A stretch of DNA of 64,000 nucleotides. Origin: Leptonemataceae bacterium (GTDB lineage: Bacteria; Spirochaetota; Leptospiria; Leptospirales; Leptonemataceae). The notes beneath the pieces are model-generated. The model had not been told where the DNA came from, did no database searches, and saw only the letters and a program-made list of their open reading frames with translations. Made by a program: the position numbers and the translations under genes. The stretch spans positions 5,874,551 to 5,938,550 of the forward strand of contig OZ245742.1 in the NCBI GenBank assembly GCA_965227295.1, in the 5' to 3' direction. This document shows positions 49,372 through 58,180 of the stretch, in pieces. Position 1 is the first letter of the stretch. Each line of letters begins with the position of its first letter.

Positions 49372-49514
49372 TCTTTGCGTGATTCCTTTGCGTGATTCCT
49401 TTGCGTGATTCCTTTGCGTGATTCCTTTGCGTGATCGTCTTCCGTGATCGTCTTCCGTGATCGTCTTCCGTGATCGTCTTCCGTGATCGTCTTCCGTGAT
49501 CGTCTTCCGTGATC
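49372..49514 (+). repeat. 13-bp tandem array, 11 units: 5x YCTTTGCGTGATY plus 6x GTCTTCCGTGATC
   Basis: Counted directly. Confidence 0.95.
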
Positions 49515-49541
49515 GCGAGTTAGTCTCTTTTCATCTCAAGC

Positions 49542-50999
49542 TTGTACAGTTTTCTGATTCCGTCGTCCGTGGTTCCCTTGCCGCTGATGATGTTCTTTAC
49601 CTCTCTTCCGTTCTTGTGGCCACACGCCCCTCGCATTTGTGGCCACAAATCCACCGAGGCCGTTTTTGTGAATTTCTGCTGGACAGCTTCACTGTACGTC
49701 ATCGACCCTCGTTTCATGCCCGCAGCCGCTCGAAAATCCGCGCATATCTCCGGTCTACAATCCACACAGGCCCGCGAGCGCGCGCGCCGAGGTTCGGTAG
49801 CCTCGGCGCGCGCGTTCGCGGGGCGGACCGTGTCAGACTCGCAGCGGGGCGGCGAAATCGCGCGCGTTCTCGGGAGCCCCGCCCGTGAGACTCACAGCCG
49901 CGGCCCTCTTTCGCCCCCCTGCCGGACGCCCGCTGCGAAAACAAGATTCAATCGGCGATTTCCTCAGCTGAATCTGCTCTATTATACTGCGCTAGCGCAG
50001 GATGTTCTGGGCCGGGCGTATCCGAAGTTCTGTCCGCATTGTGATGTTGAAATGCACACGCCTGTGGCCGGGCGCGAGACCGCGGTGCGTTGCGAAACCT
50101 GTCACTACATGGGCTCGCGCACGGCGGGCACCCCGCTGGATCACTTAAAGTTACCTCTCTGGACGTTTAGCTATGTGCTTGGCGAGGCCGTGCAGACGTT
50201 CCCGCAGATGATCTCCGCGGCGCAGATTCAACGGCGGCTCGGATGTTCGAAACAGGCTTCGCTGAATCTCAAGCGGCGCCTGCAATTGTTCCTCACGGAC
50301 CTCGTGCCGGCCGTCCGCGAACTGGTGAAGCGCGATCTTGAAGAGGCGTTTTCTGACCTGAAATTGCCGGAAAATCAAGACGTTTCGAAGTTTGTCGCGA
50401 ATAAGCCCGTGGTGCACAGCGACACCCTCGCCTTGTTCTCGGCAACGCAGCGCAGTAACGGCGGTCGCGCAAGATGGAAACATACCGGACAGACCGCAAG
50501 CATCTATCTTTCGGACAAAGTCGCGGAGCAACGTGGCAAAGTCCAGATCGGAACGCTCGCGCATACCGTTGCGATTATGAACGGGCCGGTGCTACTTACG
50601 TCCGTTCGCGATCAAACACAGAAGAGTCTTGAACCTTCTTTCAACTTCTTGCCGCGCCTGACGCCGATCATGACGGACGAAGGCACGCCGTGGCTGTCGC
50701 GTTACTTTCCGAATCATCGCGCCGTAAATCACAGCGCCCGCGCGAAGGACAAACAGCGCAGCAAGTGGGCGCGGGATCGCTGGAGCCGCAACGGCGTCCA
50801 CAATCAGGTCGCCGAAGGCAACCAGCGAATCGTTAAGATGAGTTTCCTCGCAGCTTACGGATACTTCGATCCGAAGTACTCGCAGTTGTATCTCAATGAA
50901 TACTCCGCGCTCAAGGCCCTGAAGCTCCACGGCCTCGATAGTCTGCTTTCTCTATCAAATCCGACCGGTGTGGGGAATGTAGACCACAGATTGTTCTAG
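49542..50999 (+). CDS. IS1595-family transposase, C-terminally truncated form (in-frame ATG at 49716)
   Basis: Identical core to copy 1; the frame opens upstream of the left IR and ends DHRLF* at the TAG of the target duplication. Confidence 0.85.
   Translation: MYSFLIPSSVVPLPLMMFFTSLPFLWPHAPRICGHKSTEAVFVNFCWTASLYVIDPRFMPAAARKSAHISGLQSTQARERARRGSVASARAFAGRTVSDSQRGGEIARVLGSPARETHSRGPLSPPCRTPAAKTRFNRRFPQLNLLYYTALAQDVLGRAYPKFCPHCDVEMHTPVAGRETAVRCETCHYMGSRTAGTPLDHLKLPLWTFSYVLGEAVQTFPQMISAAQIQRRLGCSKQASLNLKRRLQLFLTDLVPAVRELVKRDLEEAFSDLKLPENQDVSKFVANKPVVHSDTLALFSATQRSNGGRARWKHTGQTASIYLSDKVAEQRGKVQIGTLAHTVAIMNGPVLLTSVRDQTQKSLEPSFNFLPRLTPIMTDEGTPWLSRYFPNHRAVNHSARAKDKQRSKWARDRWSRNGVHNQVAEGNQRIVKMSFLAAYGYFDPKYSQLYLNEYSALKALKLHGLDSLLSLSNPTGVGNVDHRLF
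49746..50991 (+). mobile_element. 1,246-bp IS1595-like module, copy 2
   Basis: Direct repeat of 21873-23118. Confidence 0.9.
50992..50999 (+). repeat. 8-bp target duplication TGTTCTAG, between module 2 and module 3
   Basis: ...CCACAGAT|TGTTCTAG|ATCTCCGG... Confidence 0.92.
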
Positions 51000-52245
51000 A
51001 TCTCCGGTCTACAATCCACACAGGCCCGCGAGCGCGCGCGCCGAGGTTCGGTAGCCTCGGCGCGCGCGTTCGCGGGGCGGACCGTGTCAGACTCGCAGCG
51101 GGGCGGCGAAATCGCGCGCGTTCTCGGGAGCCCCGCCCGTGAGACTCACAGCCGCGGCCCTCTTTCGCCCCCCTGCCGGACGCCCGCTGCGAAAACAAGA
51201 TTCAATCGGCGATTTCCTCAGCTGAATCTGCTCTATTATACTGCGCTAGCGCAGGATGTTCTGGGCCGGGCGTATCCGAAGTTCTGTCCGCATTGTGATG
51301 TTGAAATGCACACGCCTGTGGCCGGGCGCGAGACCGCGGTGCGTTGCGAAACCTGTCACTACATGGGCTCGCGCACGGCGGGCACCCCGCTGGATCACTT
51401 AAAGTTACCTCTCTGGACGTTTAGCTATGTGCTTGGCGAGGCCGTGCAGACGTTCCCGCAGATGATCTCCGCGGCGCAGATTCAACGGCGGCTCGGATGT
51501 TCGAAACAGGCTTCGCTGAATCTCAAGCGGCGCCTGCAATTGTTCCTCACGGACCTCGTGCCGGCCGTCCGCGAACTGGTGAAGCGCGATCTTGAAGAGG
51601 CGTTTTCTGACCTGAAATTGCCGGAAAATCAAGACGTTTCGAAGTTTGTCGCGAATAAGCCCGTGGTGCACAGCGACACCCTCGCCTTGTTCTCGGCAAC
51701 GCAGCGCAGTAACGGCGGTCGCGCAAGATGGAAACATACCGGACAGACCGCAAGCATCTATCTTTCGGACAAAGTCGCGGAGCAACGTGGCAAAGTCCAG
51801 ATCGGAACGCTCGCGCATACCGTTGCGATTATGAACGGGCCGGTGCTACTTACGTCCGTTCGCGATCAAACACAGAAGAGTCTTGAACCTTCTTTCAACT
51901 TCTTGCCGCGCCTGACGCCGATCATGACGGACGAAGGCACGCCGTGGCTGTCGCGTTACTTTCCGAATCATCGCGCCGTAAATCACAGCGCCCGCGCGAA
52001 GGACAAACAGCGCAGCAAGTGGGCGCGGGATCGCTGGAGCCGCAACGGCGTCCACAATCAGGTCGCCGAAGGCAACCAGCGAATCGTTAAGATGAGTTTC
52101 CTCGCAGCTTACGGATACTTCGATCCGAAGTACTCGCAGTTGTATCTCAATGAATACTCCGCGCTCAAGGCCCTGAAGCTCCACGGCCTCGATAGTCTGC
52201 TTTCTCTATCAAATCCGACCGGTGTGGGGAATGTAGACCACAGAT
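51000..52245 (+). mobile_element. 1,246-bp IS1595-like module, copy 3
   Basis: Direct repeat of 21873-23118. Confidence 0.9.
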
Positions 52246-52868
52246 ATAGCGCCCTGCCCTCCGGGCTTCCCGTCGGCACGGGCCTCAGCATATTTCATCG
52301 CAAAGTGCAGGAGAATCTGTATATCCCACCGCAATTGCACGATCGCAAGGGCCTCGACTATAGCGACTCGCGGCGGCAGATTCGCGGAAATCTCAAGCTG
52401 ATGTTGGACGAACCGGACCTGTTTGCCGCCAAACAGGCCCATGTAGATTACCTGAATTCGTTTCAAGGCCTGCCGCCGTTTCGAAAGCAGAACGAAAAGA
52501 AATACGCCGCGCAAGCGTCGGCGCTCTGGAACGCGCTATCGCGACACGACGCGAAGCTATCCGCCGACGTCGCGCGCTCCGTGCGCGTCAATCATCGCAT
52601 GGTATTAAGGATGATTCGACTGTGGACGAAGCTCGGCCTCGTCGAGGCGCGTGAGATTCGCGGCGAGAAGGATCGCCGTAAACAGTTCTGGGTGTCGCGG
52701 CGCGTGTCGCTTCTGCCAGCGCTGCTGTATACCTGGGATCTCGACGGATTCCGCAATCAAACCGAGGCAGGCGTGCCCGTGGACCGCACGAAGAAAACCC
52801 GGCGCGGTAAGCACGGGATAACCGGCAAAGAACGTTCTAAATTTATTCAGGAGATGTATGATGGGTAA
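51084..52868 (+). CDS. IS1595-family transposase with winged-helix extension (duplicate)
   Basis: Identical to 21957-23741. Confidence 0.88.
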   Translation: MSDSQRGGEIARVLGSPARETHSRGPLSPPCRTPAAKTRFNRRFPQLNLLYYTALAQDVLGRAYPKFCPHCDVEMHTPVAGRETAVRCETCHYMGSRTAGTPLDHLKLPLWTFSYVLGEAVQTFPQMISAAQIQRRLGCSKQASLNLKRRLQLFLTDLVPAVRELVKRDLEEAFSDLKLPENQDVSKFVANKPVVHSDTLALFSATQRSNGGRARWKHTGQTASIYLSDKVAEQRGKVQIGTLAHTVAIMNGPVLLTSVRDQTQKSLEPSFNFLPRLTPIMTDEGTPWLSRYFPNHRAVNHSARAKDKQRSKWARDRWSRNGVHNQVAEGNQRIVKMSFLAAYGYFDPKYSQLYLNEYSALKALKLHGLDSLLSLSNPTGVGNVDHRYSALPSGLPVGTGLSIFHRKVQENLYIPPQLHDRKGLDYSDSRRQIRGNLKLMLDEPDLFAAKQAHVDYLNSFQGLPPFRKQNEKKYAAQASALWNALSRHDAKLSADVARSVRVNHRMVLRMIRLWTKLGLVEAREIRGEKDRRKQFWVSRRVSLLPALLYTWDLDGFRNQTEAGVPVDRTKKTRRGKHGITGKERSKFIQEMYDG

Positions 52869-53187
52869 AGTATCGAAGAAGAAAGCCAGTAAAAAAGCGA
52901 AGGAGGAACCGCTGAAGTTCTTCGCATCGCACTTTTGGGACCTCATGAAGTCTCAGGACTACAAGTGCGCACTCACCGGGCGTGAGTTGACACCGGACAA
53001 CACCGAAGTCGAGCTGCGCGTGCCGTTCAAGAGCGTGGGCCGGACGGAGTTCTCGAATCACTACATCGTCGTGCGACAGTTGGCATACACGGCACGGCAT
53101 GTGAGCGAAGACGAGATCGTCGAGCTGGCGGCCGACATCATCCGGCATCGCGGCAAGGAGTTCGGCTATGCGCTCCGCAAAGCGTGA
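52858..53187 (+). CDS. Degenerate HNH-like protein (duplicate)
   Basis: Identical to 23731-24060. Confidence 0.6.
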   Translation: MMGKVSKKKASKKAKEEPLKFFASHFWDLMKSQDYKCALTGRELTPDNTEVELRVPFKSVGRTEFSNHYIVVRQLAYTARHVSEDEIVELAADIIRHRGKEFGYALRKA

Positions 53188-53824
53188 AGACCTGTTCCCG
53201 GCGTGGGGCGTCGAGGCGGCGCTCTCGCGCTTAAGAGGCCGGCAGAAGAAGTTTGCTGCGTCGCCGATGGAACGCAAGCACGTCGCGCGTGACAAACGCT
53301 CGTGGAGCTATGCCTGCGTCTCGGCCGTGAACAAGATGCGCTATCGGCACCGCGCCGTCTTTCAGGAATCGCGCGAGCCGGATGCGTGGTCGTGGGTGAT
53401 TGCCGTGCAGAAAAAGAAGCTCGTGCGGAAGGTTGACCCGGTCGCGGCGTGGCGGGATGCAGAGTATCGGATTCTGGAACGATACTACGGCCGGCTGCGC
53501 GAACCTCAATCCAAGCAGGATCGCGATCGCTGGCGGTATGTGATTATTCGGCAGCGGTCGTACTTGCGGCGACTACAGGGGCGAGCAAAATCCGGTCCGC
53601 CTTCAAACGACTGGGCCAGAGTTCTTAAAAAAATGGCCCGGATCTCTGCGACACCATCGGAACATAGCAGTGGCCGTGGTTCCTGGAACTGGCGAACGAC
53701 TGTGGCAGCCCAACGAGAGAAGCTACGGAACGCCCGCAGGCAGACGGGATGGATGAAGCTTGAAAGCCGACTCCAGTTCAATCCCGCAGCTCGACCATAT
53801 CATATTTCTGAACCTGTCCACTAA
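53168..53824 (+). CDS. Trp/Arg-rich hypothetical protein (duplicate)
   Basis: Identical to 24041-24697. Confidence 0.55.
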   Translation: MRSAKREDLFPAWGVEAALSRLRGRQKKFAASPMERKHVARDKRSWSYACVSAVNKMRYRHRAVFQESREPDAWSWVIAVQKKKLVRKVDPVAAWRDAEYRILERYYGRLREPQSKQDRDRWRYVIIRQRSYLRRLQGRAKSGPPSNDWARVLKKMARISATPSEHSSGRGSWNWRTTVAAQREKLRNARRQTGWMKLESRLQFNPAARPYHISEPVH

Positions 53825-54149
53825 GGATTTGAGCCTTTGCGTAGTGTTCATCGATCACGGACGTGATGCGAATACTGCCAACCTCTTCGCGCTGATAGTA
53901 AACATCATCAGTTCCCGTATCTATAGCTTTTGTCCGAAAGACTTCAAGCTTCTGCCCGGGCTCCGCACCGTCTCGATCACCGATACAAATCACGACTACT
54001 TCTTCTTTCACATCGACAACGTTGCCTCGCATGCCGTACTTGTGATAGAACTTCGAAAAGCTTGCACACGCGAGCGCACTCGAAATCAAAAACAGACATG
54101 TCATCAATCGAATCGTTAATTTTATATGTTTCATAGAGGATAGATTCAA
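53778..54149 (-). CDS. Small lipoprotein (duplicate)
   Basis: Identical to 24651-25022. Confidence 0.6.
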   Translation of the reverse strand: MNLSSMKHIKLTIRLMTCLFLISSALACASFSKFYHKYGMRGNVVDVKEEVVVICIGDRDGAEPGQKLEVFRTKAIDTGTDDVYYQREEVGSIRITSVIDEHYAKAQILSGQVQKYDMVELRD

Positions 54150-54345
54150 CGTAGAATCGGATTAAGTCCATCAAATTCGCGACGGCACTCCAAAAAATTC
54201 ATAGCCTTCGGAGAACCGCACCTCGCGACAATGATCGTTTCATAATGCACGAGAAAGACTACGAGTGCCTGTCGATACACTTCACGAACCATGAATGATA
54301 CAGTGAGCCGTGACCTGACCAAAACTACTTCAATCGTCAGTTTTC

Positions 54346-56403
54346 TTAATCATCGGTCTCGTCGCGCGAAAGATCCACGCTGCGCTTAAGCAACTGCGCG
54401 TTCACCGCGACGATCACGGTGCTGAGACTCATAAACACCGCGCCCACCGCCGGACTCAGCATGATCCCCAGCGGCGCGAGCACACCTGCCGCGAGGGGAA
54501 TGGCAACGACGTTGTAGGCCGTCGCCCAGATTAGATTCTGAATCATCTTGCGATGCGTCGCACGACCGAAGAGCACCAGGTTGCTGATGTCTTTGGGATT
54601 GCTGTGCACGAGCACGATGTCCGCCGTCTCCGCGGCGACGTCGGTGCCGGAGCCGACGGCAATGCCCACGTCCGCCTGGGCCAGGGCCGGCGCGTCGTTG
54701 ACGCCGTCACCGGTCATGGCGACGAACTCGCCGTCGCCTTGCAGTTCTTTAACGATGTCCTGTTTCTCGTGAGGCAGCACGCCCGCATAAAACCCGTTCA
54801 GGCCCAGCTCGTCGTGGACGCTCTTCGCGACGGTCTCATTGTCGCCGGTGGCCATCATCGTTTTGATGCCGGTGTCGTGCAAAATGCGAATCGCCTCGGG
54901 AGACTCGGGGCGTATGGAGTCCGCCAGGCCGACAAAACCCTTGAGTTCTCCGTCCACGACCAGAAAGACCACCGTCTCCGCGCCGGACGCGGCGGCCGAA
55001 TCGGGAATCGTTATGCCGTTTTCCTTTAAGAAGCCCGGGCTGACCACCTTCACCTCGCGGGAATCCACGGACGCCTGCACACCCTTGCCGGTGATCGATT
55101 GAAAGCCTGACGCCTCCGGGACCGACAGCTCGCGCTTTTCACAGGCTTGAACGATGGCCTGCGCAATAGGATGCTCCGAATTTTTTTCGAGGGCCCCCGC
55201 AAAGCGCAGCACGTCATCCTCCGAAAACGAGTCCGACACGCTCACGACCCGCTGCACGCCGAATTCGCCGGTGGTCAGGGTGCCGGTCTTGTCGAAGACG
55301 ATCGTAGAAATTTTGCGCGCGCTTTCGAAGGCGGTCCGATTGCGAATCAGCAGGCCGTTTTGTGCGGAGATGGCCGTCGAAATCGCGGCCACCAGGGGAA
55401 TCGCCAGACCGAGGGCGTGCGGACAGGAAATCACCATCACGGTCACCATGCGTTCCAGAGCGAAGACGAACTCGTAGCCGAGATAGAGCCAGACCGCTAA
55501 GGTCAGCGCGCCGGCGGTTAAGGCGACGAAGGTCAGCCAGCGCGCGGCCCGGTCGGCCAGGCGCTGGGTGCGGGACTTCGTTTGCTGGGCCTCTTCGACC
55601 AGGCGAATCACTTTAGAAAGATACGAGTCCTCGCCGGTCTTGTTGACGCGAATGCGCAGCGAGCCCTCACCGTTGACGGAGCCGCCGATCACTTCGTCGC
55701 CCGCGGACTTGCGCACCGGCTCCGACTCGCCGGTGAGCATGGATTCATTGAGATAGCTGTTACCGTCTTCGATGGTGCCGTCGGTGGGAACCTTTTCCCC
55801 GGGCTTGATCAGCAACAGATCGCCGGACTGTACGTCCTCCAGCGCCACGTCGTTCACGTCGCCGTCCTCGTCGATGCGATGCGCTTCGTTGGGCATCATC
55901 TCCACGAGCAGTTCCAGGGCGCGGGACGCACCGAGCACCGAGCGCATCTCGATCCAGTGGCCGAGCAGCATGATGTCGATCAGCGTCGCCAGCTCCCAGA
56001 AGAACATCTTGCCGGACAGGCCGAAGACCACCGCCGAACTGTAAGCGTAGGCCACGAAGATGGCCAGGCCGATTAGAGTCATCATGCCCGGGTTGGCCCG
56101 GCGCACCTCATCGAACGTGCCGCGCAGAAACGGCCAACCGCCGTAGAAAAAGATCATCGACGACAGCCCGAACAGAACGTAGCGGCTCCCTGGAAACTCC
56201 AGGGAGAAACCGAGAAACGACTGGATCATCGGCGAAAGAACGAGGACCGGCACGGTCAGGACGGCCGATACCGCCAGGCGCTTCTTGAAGTCCCGGATCA
56301 TTTGCCGGTGATGATCGCCGTGATTGTGACCGCCGTGGCCGTCGTGATTACCGTGGTCGTGATTGTGTTCGGCGTGTTTTTCGTGGTCTTCGTGATGTTT
56401 CAT
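54346..56403 (-). CDS. copB: CopB-type P1B-3 ATPase (duplicate)
   Basis: Identical to 25219-27276. Confidence 0.93.
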   Translation of the reverse strand: MKHHEDHEKHAEHNHDHGNHDGHGGHNHGDHHRQMIRDFKKRLAVSAVLTVPVLVLSPMIQSFLGFSLEFPGSRYVLFGLSSMIFFYGGWPFLRGTFDEVRRANPGMMTLIGLAIFVAYAYSSAVVFGLSGKMFFWELATLIDIMLLGHWIEMRSVLGASRALELLVEMMPNEAHRIDEDGDVNDVALEDVQSGDLLLIKPGEKVPTDGTIEDGNSYLNESMLTGESEPVRKSAGDEVIGGSVNGEGSLRIRVNKTGEDSYLSKVIRLVEEAQQTKSRTQRLADRAARWLTFVALTAGALTLAVWLYLGYEFVFALERMVTVMVISCPHALGLAIPLVAAISTAISAQNGLLIRNRTAFESARKISTIVFDKTGTLTTGEFGVQRVVSVSDSFSEDDVLRFAGALEKNSEHPIAQAIVQACEKRELSVPEASGFQSITGKGVQASVDSREVKVVSPGFLKENGITIPDSAAASGAETVVFLVVDGELKGFVGLADSIRPESPEAIRILHDTGIKTMMATGDNETVAKSVHDELGLNGFYAGVLPHEKQDIVKELQGDGEFVAMTGDGVNDAPALAQADVGIAVGSGTDVAAETADIVLVHSNPKDISNLVLFGRATHRKMIQNLIWATAYNVVAIPLAAGVLAPLGIMLSPAVGAVFMSLSTVIVAVNAQLLKRSVDLSRDETDD

Positions 56404-56433
56404 AGATTCCTCCGATGTACCCGGGTGCCTTAT

Positions 56434-56724
56434 TCAGGGACGCCGGGCCGTCGCCTCGCGCAGCGAAAAGTTGTAAATCCCGGCGATGCACGCACCACAG
56501 AGATACGCCAGCACGAAGCTCTGGAAAAAACCCAGGCCGGCCTCCCACCAGGGCACGTCCATGCGAATCACGCCGCTGACGTCCAGGCCGTGCAACAGGC
56601 TGTTGAAAAAGAGAATCGTCCCTTCGCGTCCCACGCTCATCATCAGAATGATGCAGCCGGCGTACAGCAGCGCCGCCGTGACGCCCCAGGCGATACCGAA
56701 CTTAAGTACGTTTATGCGAATCAT
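56434..56724 (-). CDS. DUF5676-like membrane protein (duplicate)
   Basis: Identical to 27307-27597. Confidence 0.65.
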   Translation of the reverse strand: MIRINVLKFGIAWGVTAALLYAGCIILMMSVGREGTILFFNSLLHGLDVSGVIRMDVPWWEAGLGFFQSFVLAYLCGACIAGIYNFSLREATARRP

Positions 56725-56926
56725 GCGAACCTCCCCGGTGAGAATGACCTTCGTGGCCGTCTCCGCCGTGCATGCCGCTCATAAGAAAAAAATGCGCGGC
56801 GAAACAAATCATCAAAAAGAAGAACAGTGACCACGAGTCGCCGGGCAAAAAGGCCGGTGCGAAAAATATCAACAGCAGCGGCAGCACGCAGATCAAAAGC
56901 ATCCATATCATGTGAAATCTCATCAT
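56702..56926 (-). CDS. DUF2933-like membrane protein (duplicate)
   Basis: Identical to 27575-27799. Confidence 0.65.
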   Translation of the reverse strand: MMRFHMIWMLLICVLPLLLIFFAPAFLPGDSWSLFFFLMICFAAHFFLMSGMHGGDGHEGHSHRGGSHDSHKRT

Positions 56927-56984
56927 CAAACCTCCGAAACCAGAACAGCTCCCCGCCGCTTTTTCCGGGACGGGGAGCTTCGTT

Positions 56985-57527
56985 TTACATTTGAAACTCG
57001 GCTTCGTGAACGTGCTTCTTTCCACCGTAGGTGAACTCGGCCTTCACTTTGTAAGTTCCGGAACCCTGCATGGAAAAACCGATGCCGTGGTGGTGCATGC
57101 CGCCGCCGGCCATCACGTGGCCCTCACCGTCGGCCAGGACCTTGCCGTCCGGCCCGGTGACCGTGATCTTGAGGCCCTTGGCGTCCTTGATGACCTTCTT
57201 CGTATCGAGTTTCATCAGCGTCAGGCTGAGGTGATGCTGACCGGTGTCGTGCATACCGTGCATGTCCACGTTCATCATCTTCGCCATATCCGCGTGGCCT
57301 TCGGCGGTCATGAGGTCGAAGGCGACCTGAACGCCGTCGTGTTTGACGACCTTCGTCATGTTTTTTCCCGAGTGCATGCCGGGATTATGGCCGTCCATCA
57401 TATCGCCGGAGTGATGGTCACTCATCGCACCGCCGTCATGGTGATCCCCCGGCTCGCCGCCGCAGGCAACGCCCAATAAGGCGCCCAAGACGAGGACCGG
57501 AATCAATTTCAATAAACTCATAAACAT
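56985..57527 (-). CDS. Met/His-rich lipoprotein (duplicate)
   Basis: Identical to 27858-28400. Confidence 0.75.
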   Translation of the reverse strand: MFMSLLKLIPVLVLGALLGVACGGEPGDHHDGGAMSDHHSGDMMDGHNPGMHSGKNMTKVVKHDGVQVAFDLMTAEGHADMAKMMNVDMHGMHDTGQHHLSLTLMKLDTKKVIKDAKGLKITVTGPDGKVLADGEGHVMAGGGMHHHGIGFSMQGSGTYKVKAEFTYGGKKHVHEAEFQM

Positions 57528-57562
57528 CTCCTTATATTAAGTTAAATAAAGACTGGCGCCCT

Positions 57563-58180
57563 TCAATGGTCTCCGGTTTCCAGAAATTCTCCCCGCGGGC
57601 CGACGCCGTGCAGGTGCGTGAGTTCGGCCCCGAAGTGCCCCGCCGCGGAGACCAGGACCGCGGCAGCCAGCATCGTAGCGGCGGCCACGAATTCCAGCCA
57701 GCGGCGACGCAGCCCAAGGCCGGCGAGTTGCAAAGCAAGCGCCGCGGCGGCCGTGTAGATCGTGGCGTAGGCGAAAAAATCGTGGTTGGCGAGGACCGCC
57801 CGGGCTTCCGGAGTAAGACCGGTCGTGTGCGGGTGCACGAAGTAGGCCGCAACCACGCCGCCGATCAGTCCGACGGCGCCCACGGCGATACCCGTCCGGA
57901 TCAGCGTGTCGTTTCGGAAGATTAAACCGACCGGATACAGAATCGCCGCGAGCAACAACAGGACGATCGGGAAGTGAACGACCAAAGGATGCAGCGTCGG
58001 AAAGGCCGCGAGAGGCGGCGCGACCGCTTCCAGAAGTCCGGCCTCGGGAGTGGATTCCGCGGCACTCTCCCCGGATGCGTGGTCCCCGGGCCCGTGGGCA
58101 TGCAATGGCAGCGCCGCCAGATAGATGGCCAACCCCAGGGCTAATATTTTCTGAATGATATTTAAGACCCTTGCTTTCAT
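57563..58180 (-). CDS. DUF2231-like membrane protein (duplicate)
   Basis: Identical to 28436-29053. Confidence 0.75.
   Translation of the reverse strand: MKARVLNIIQKILALGLAIYLAALPLHAHGPGDHASGESAAESTPEAGLLEAVAPPLAAFPTLHPLVVHFPIVLLLLAAILYPVGLIFRNDTLIRTGIAVGAVGLIGGVVAAYFVHPHTTGLTPEARAVLANHDFFAYATIYTAAAALALQLAGLGLRRRWLEFVAAATMLAAAVLVSAAGHFGAELTHLHGVGPRGEFLETGDH

Larger units (their letters stand above)
21873..50991 (+). mobile_element. 29,119-bp IS1595-family composite or cointegrate-type element carrying heavy-metal resistance genes (copy A)
   Basis: Bounded by directly repeated 1,246-bp IS modules and flanked by an 8-bp direct repeat. Confidence 0.9.

Noticed and set aside
50987..51015. Hybrid junction promoter using TACAAT in the left IR
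   Set aside because: The -10-like hexamer is present (51010-51015), but the nearest -35-like TTGTTC is only 13 bp away and nothing convincing lies at 16-18 bp.
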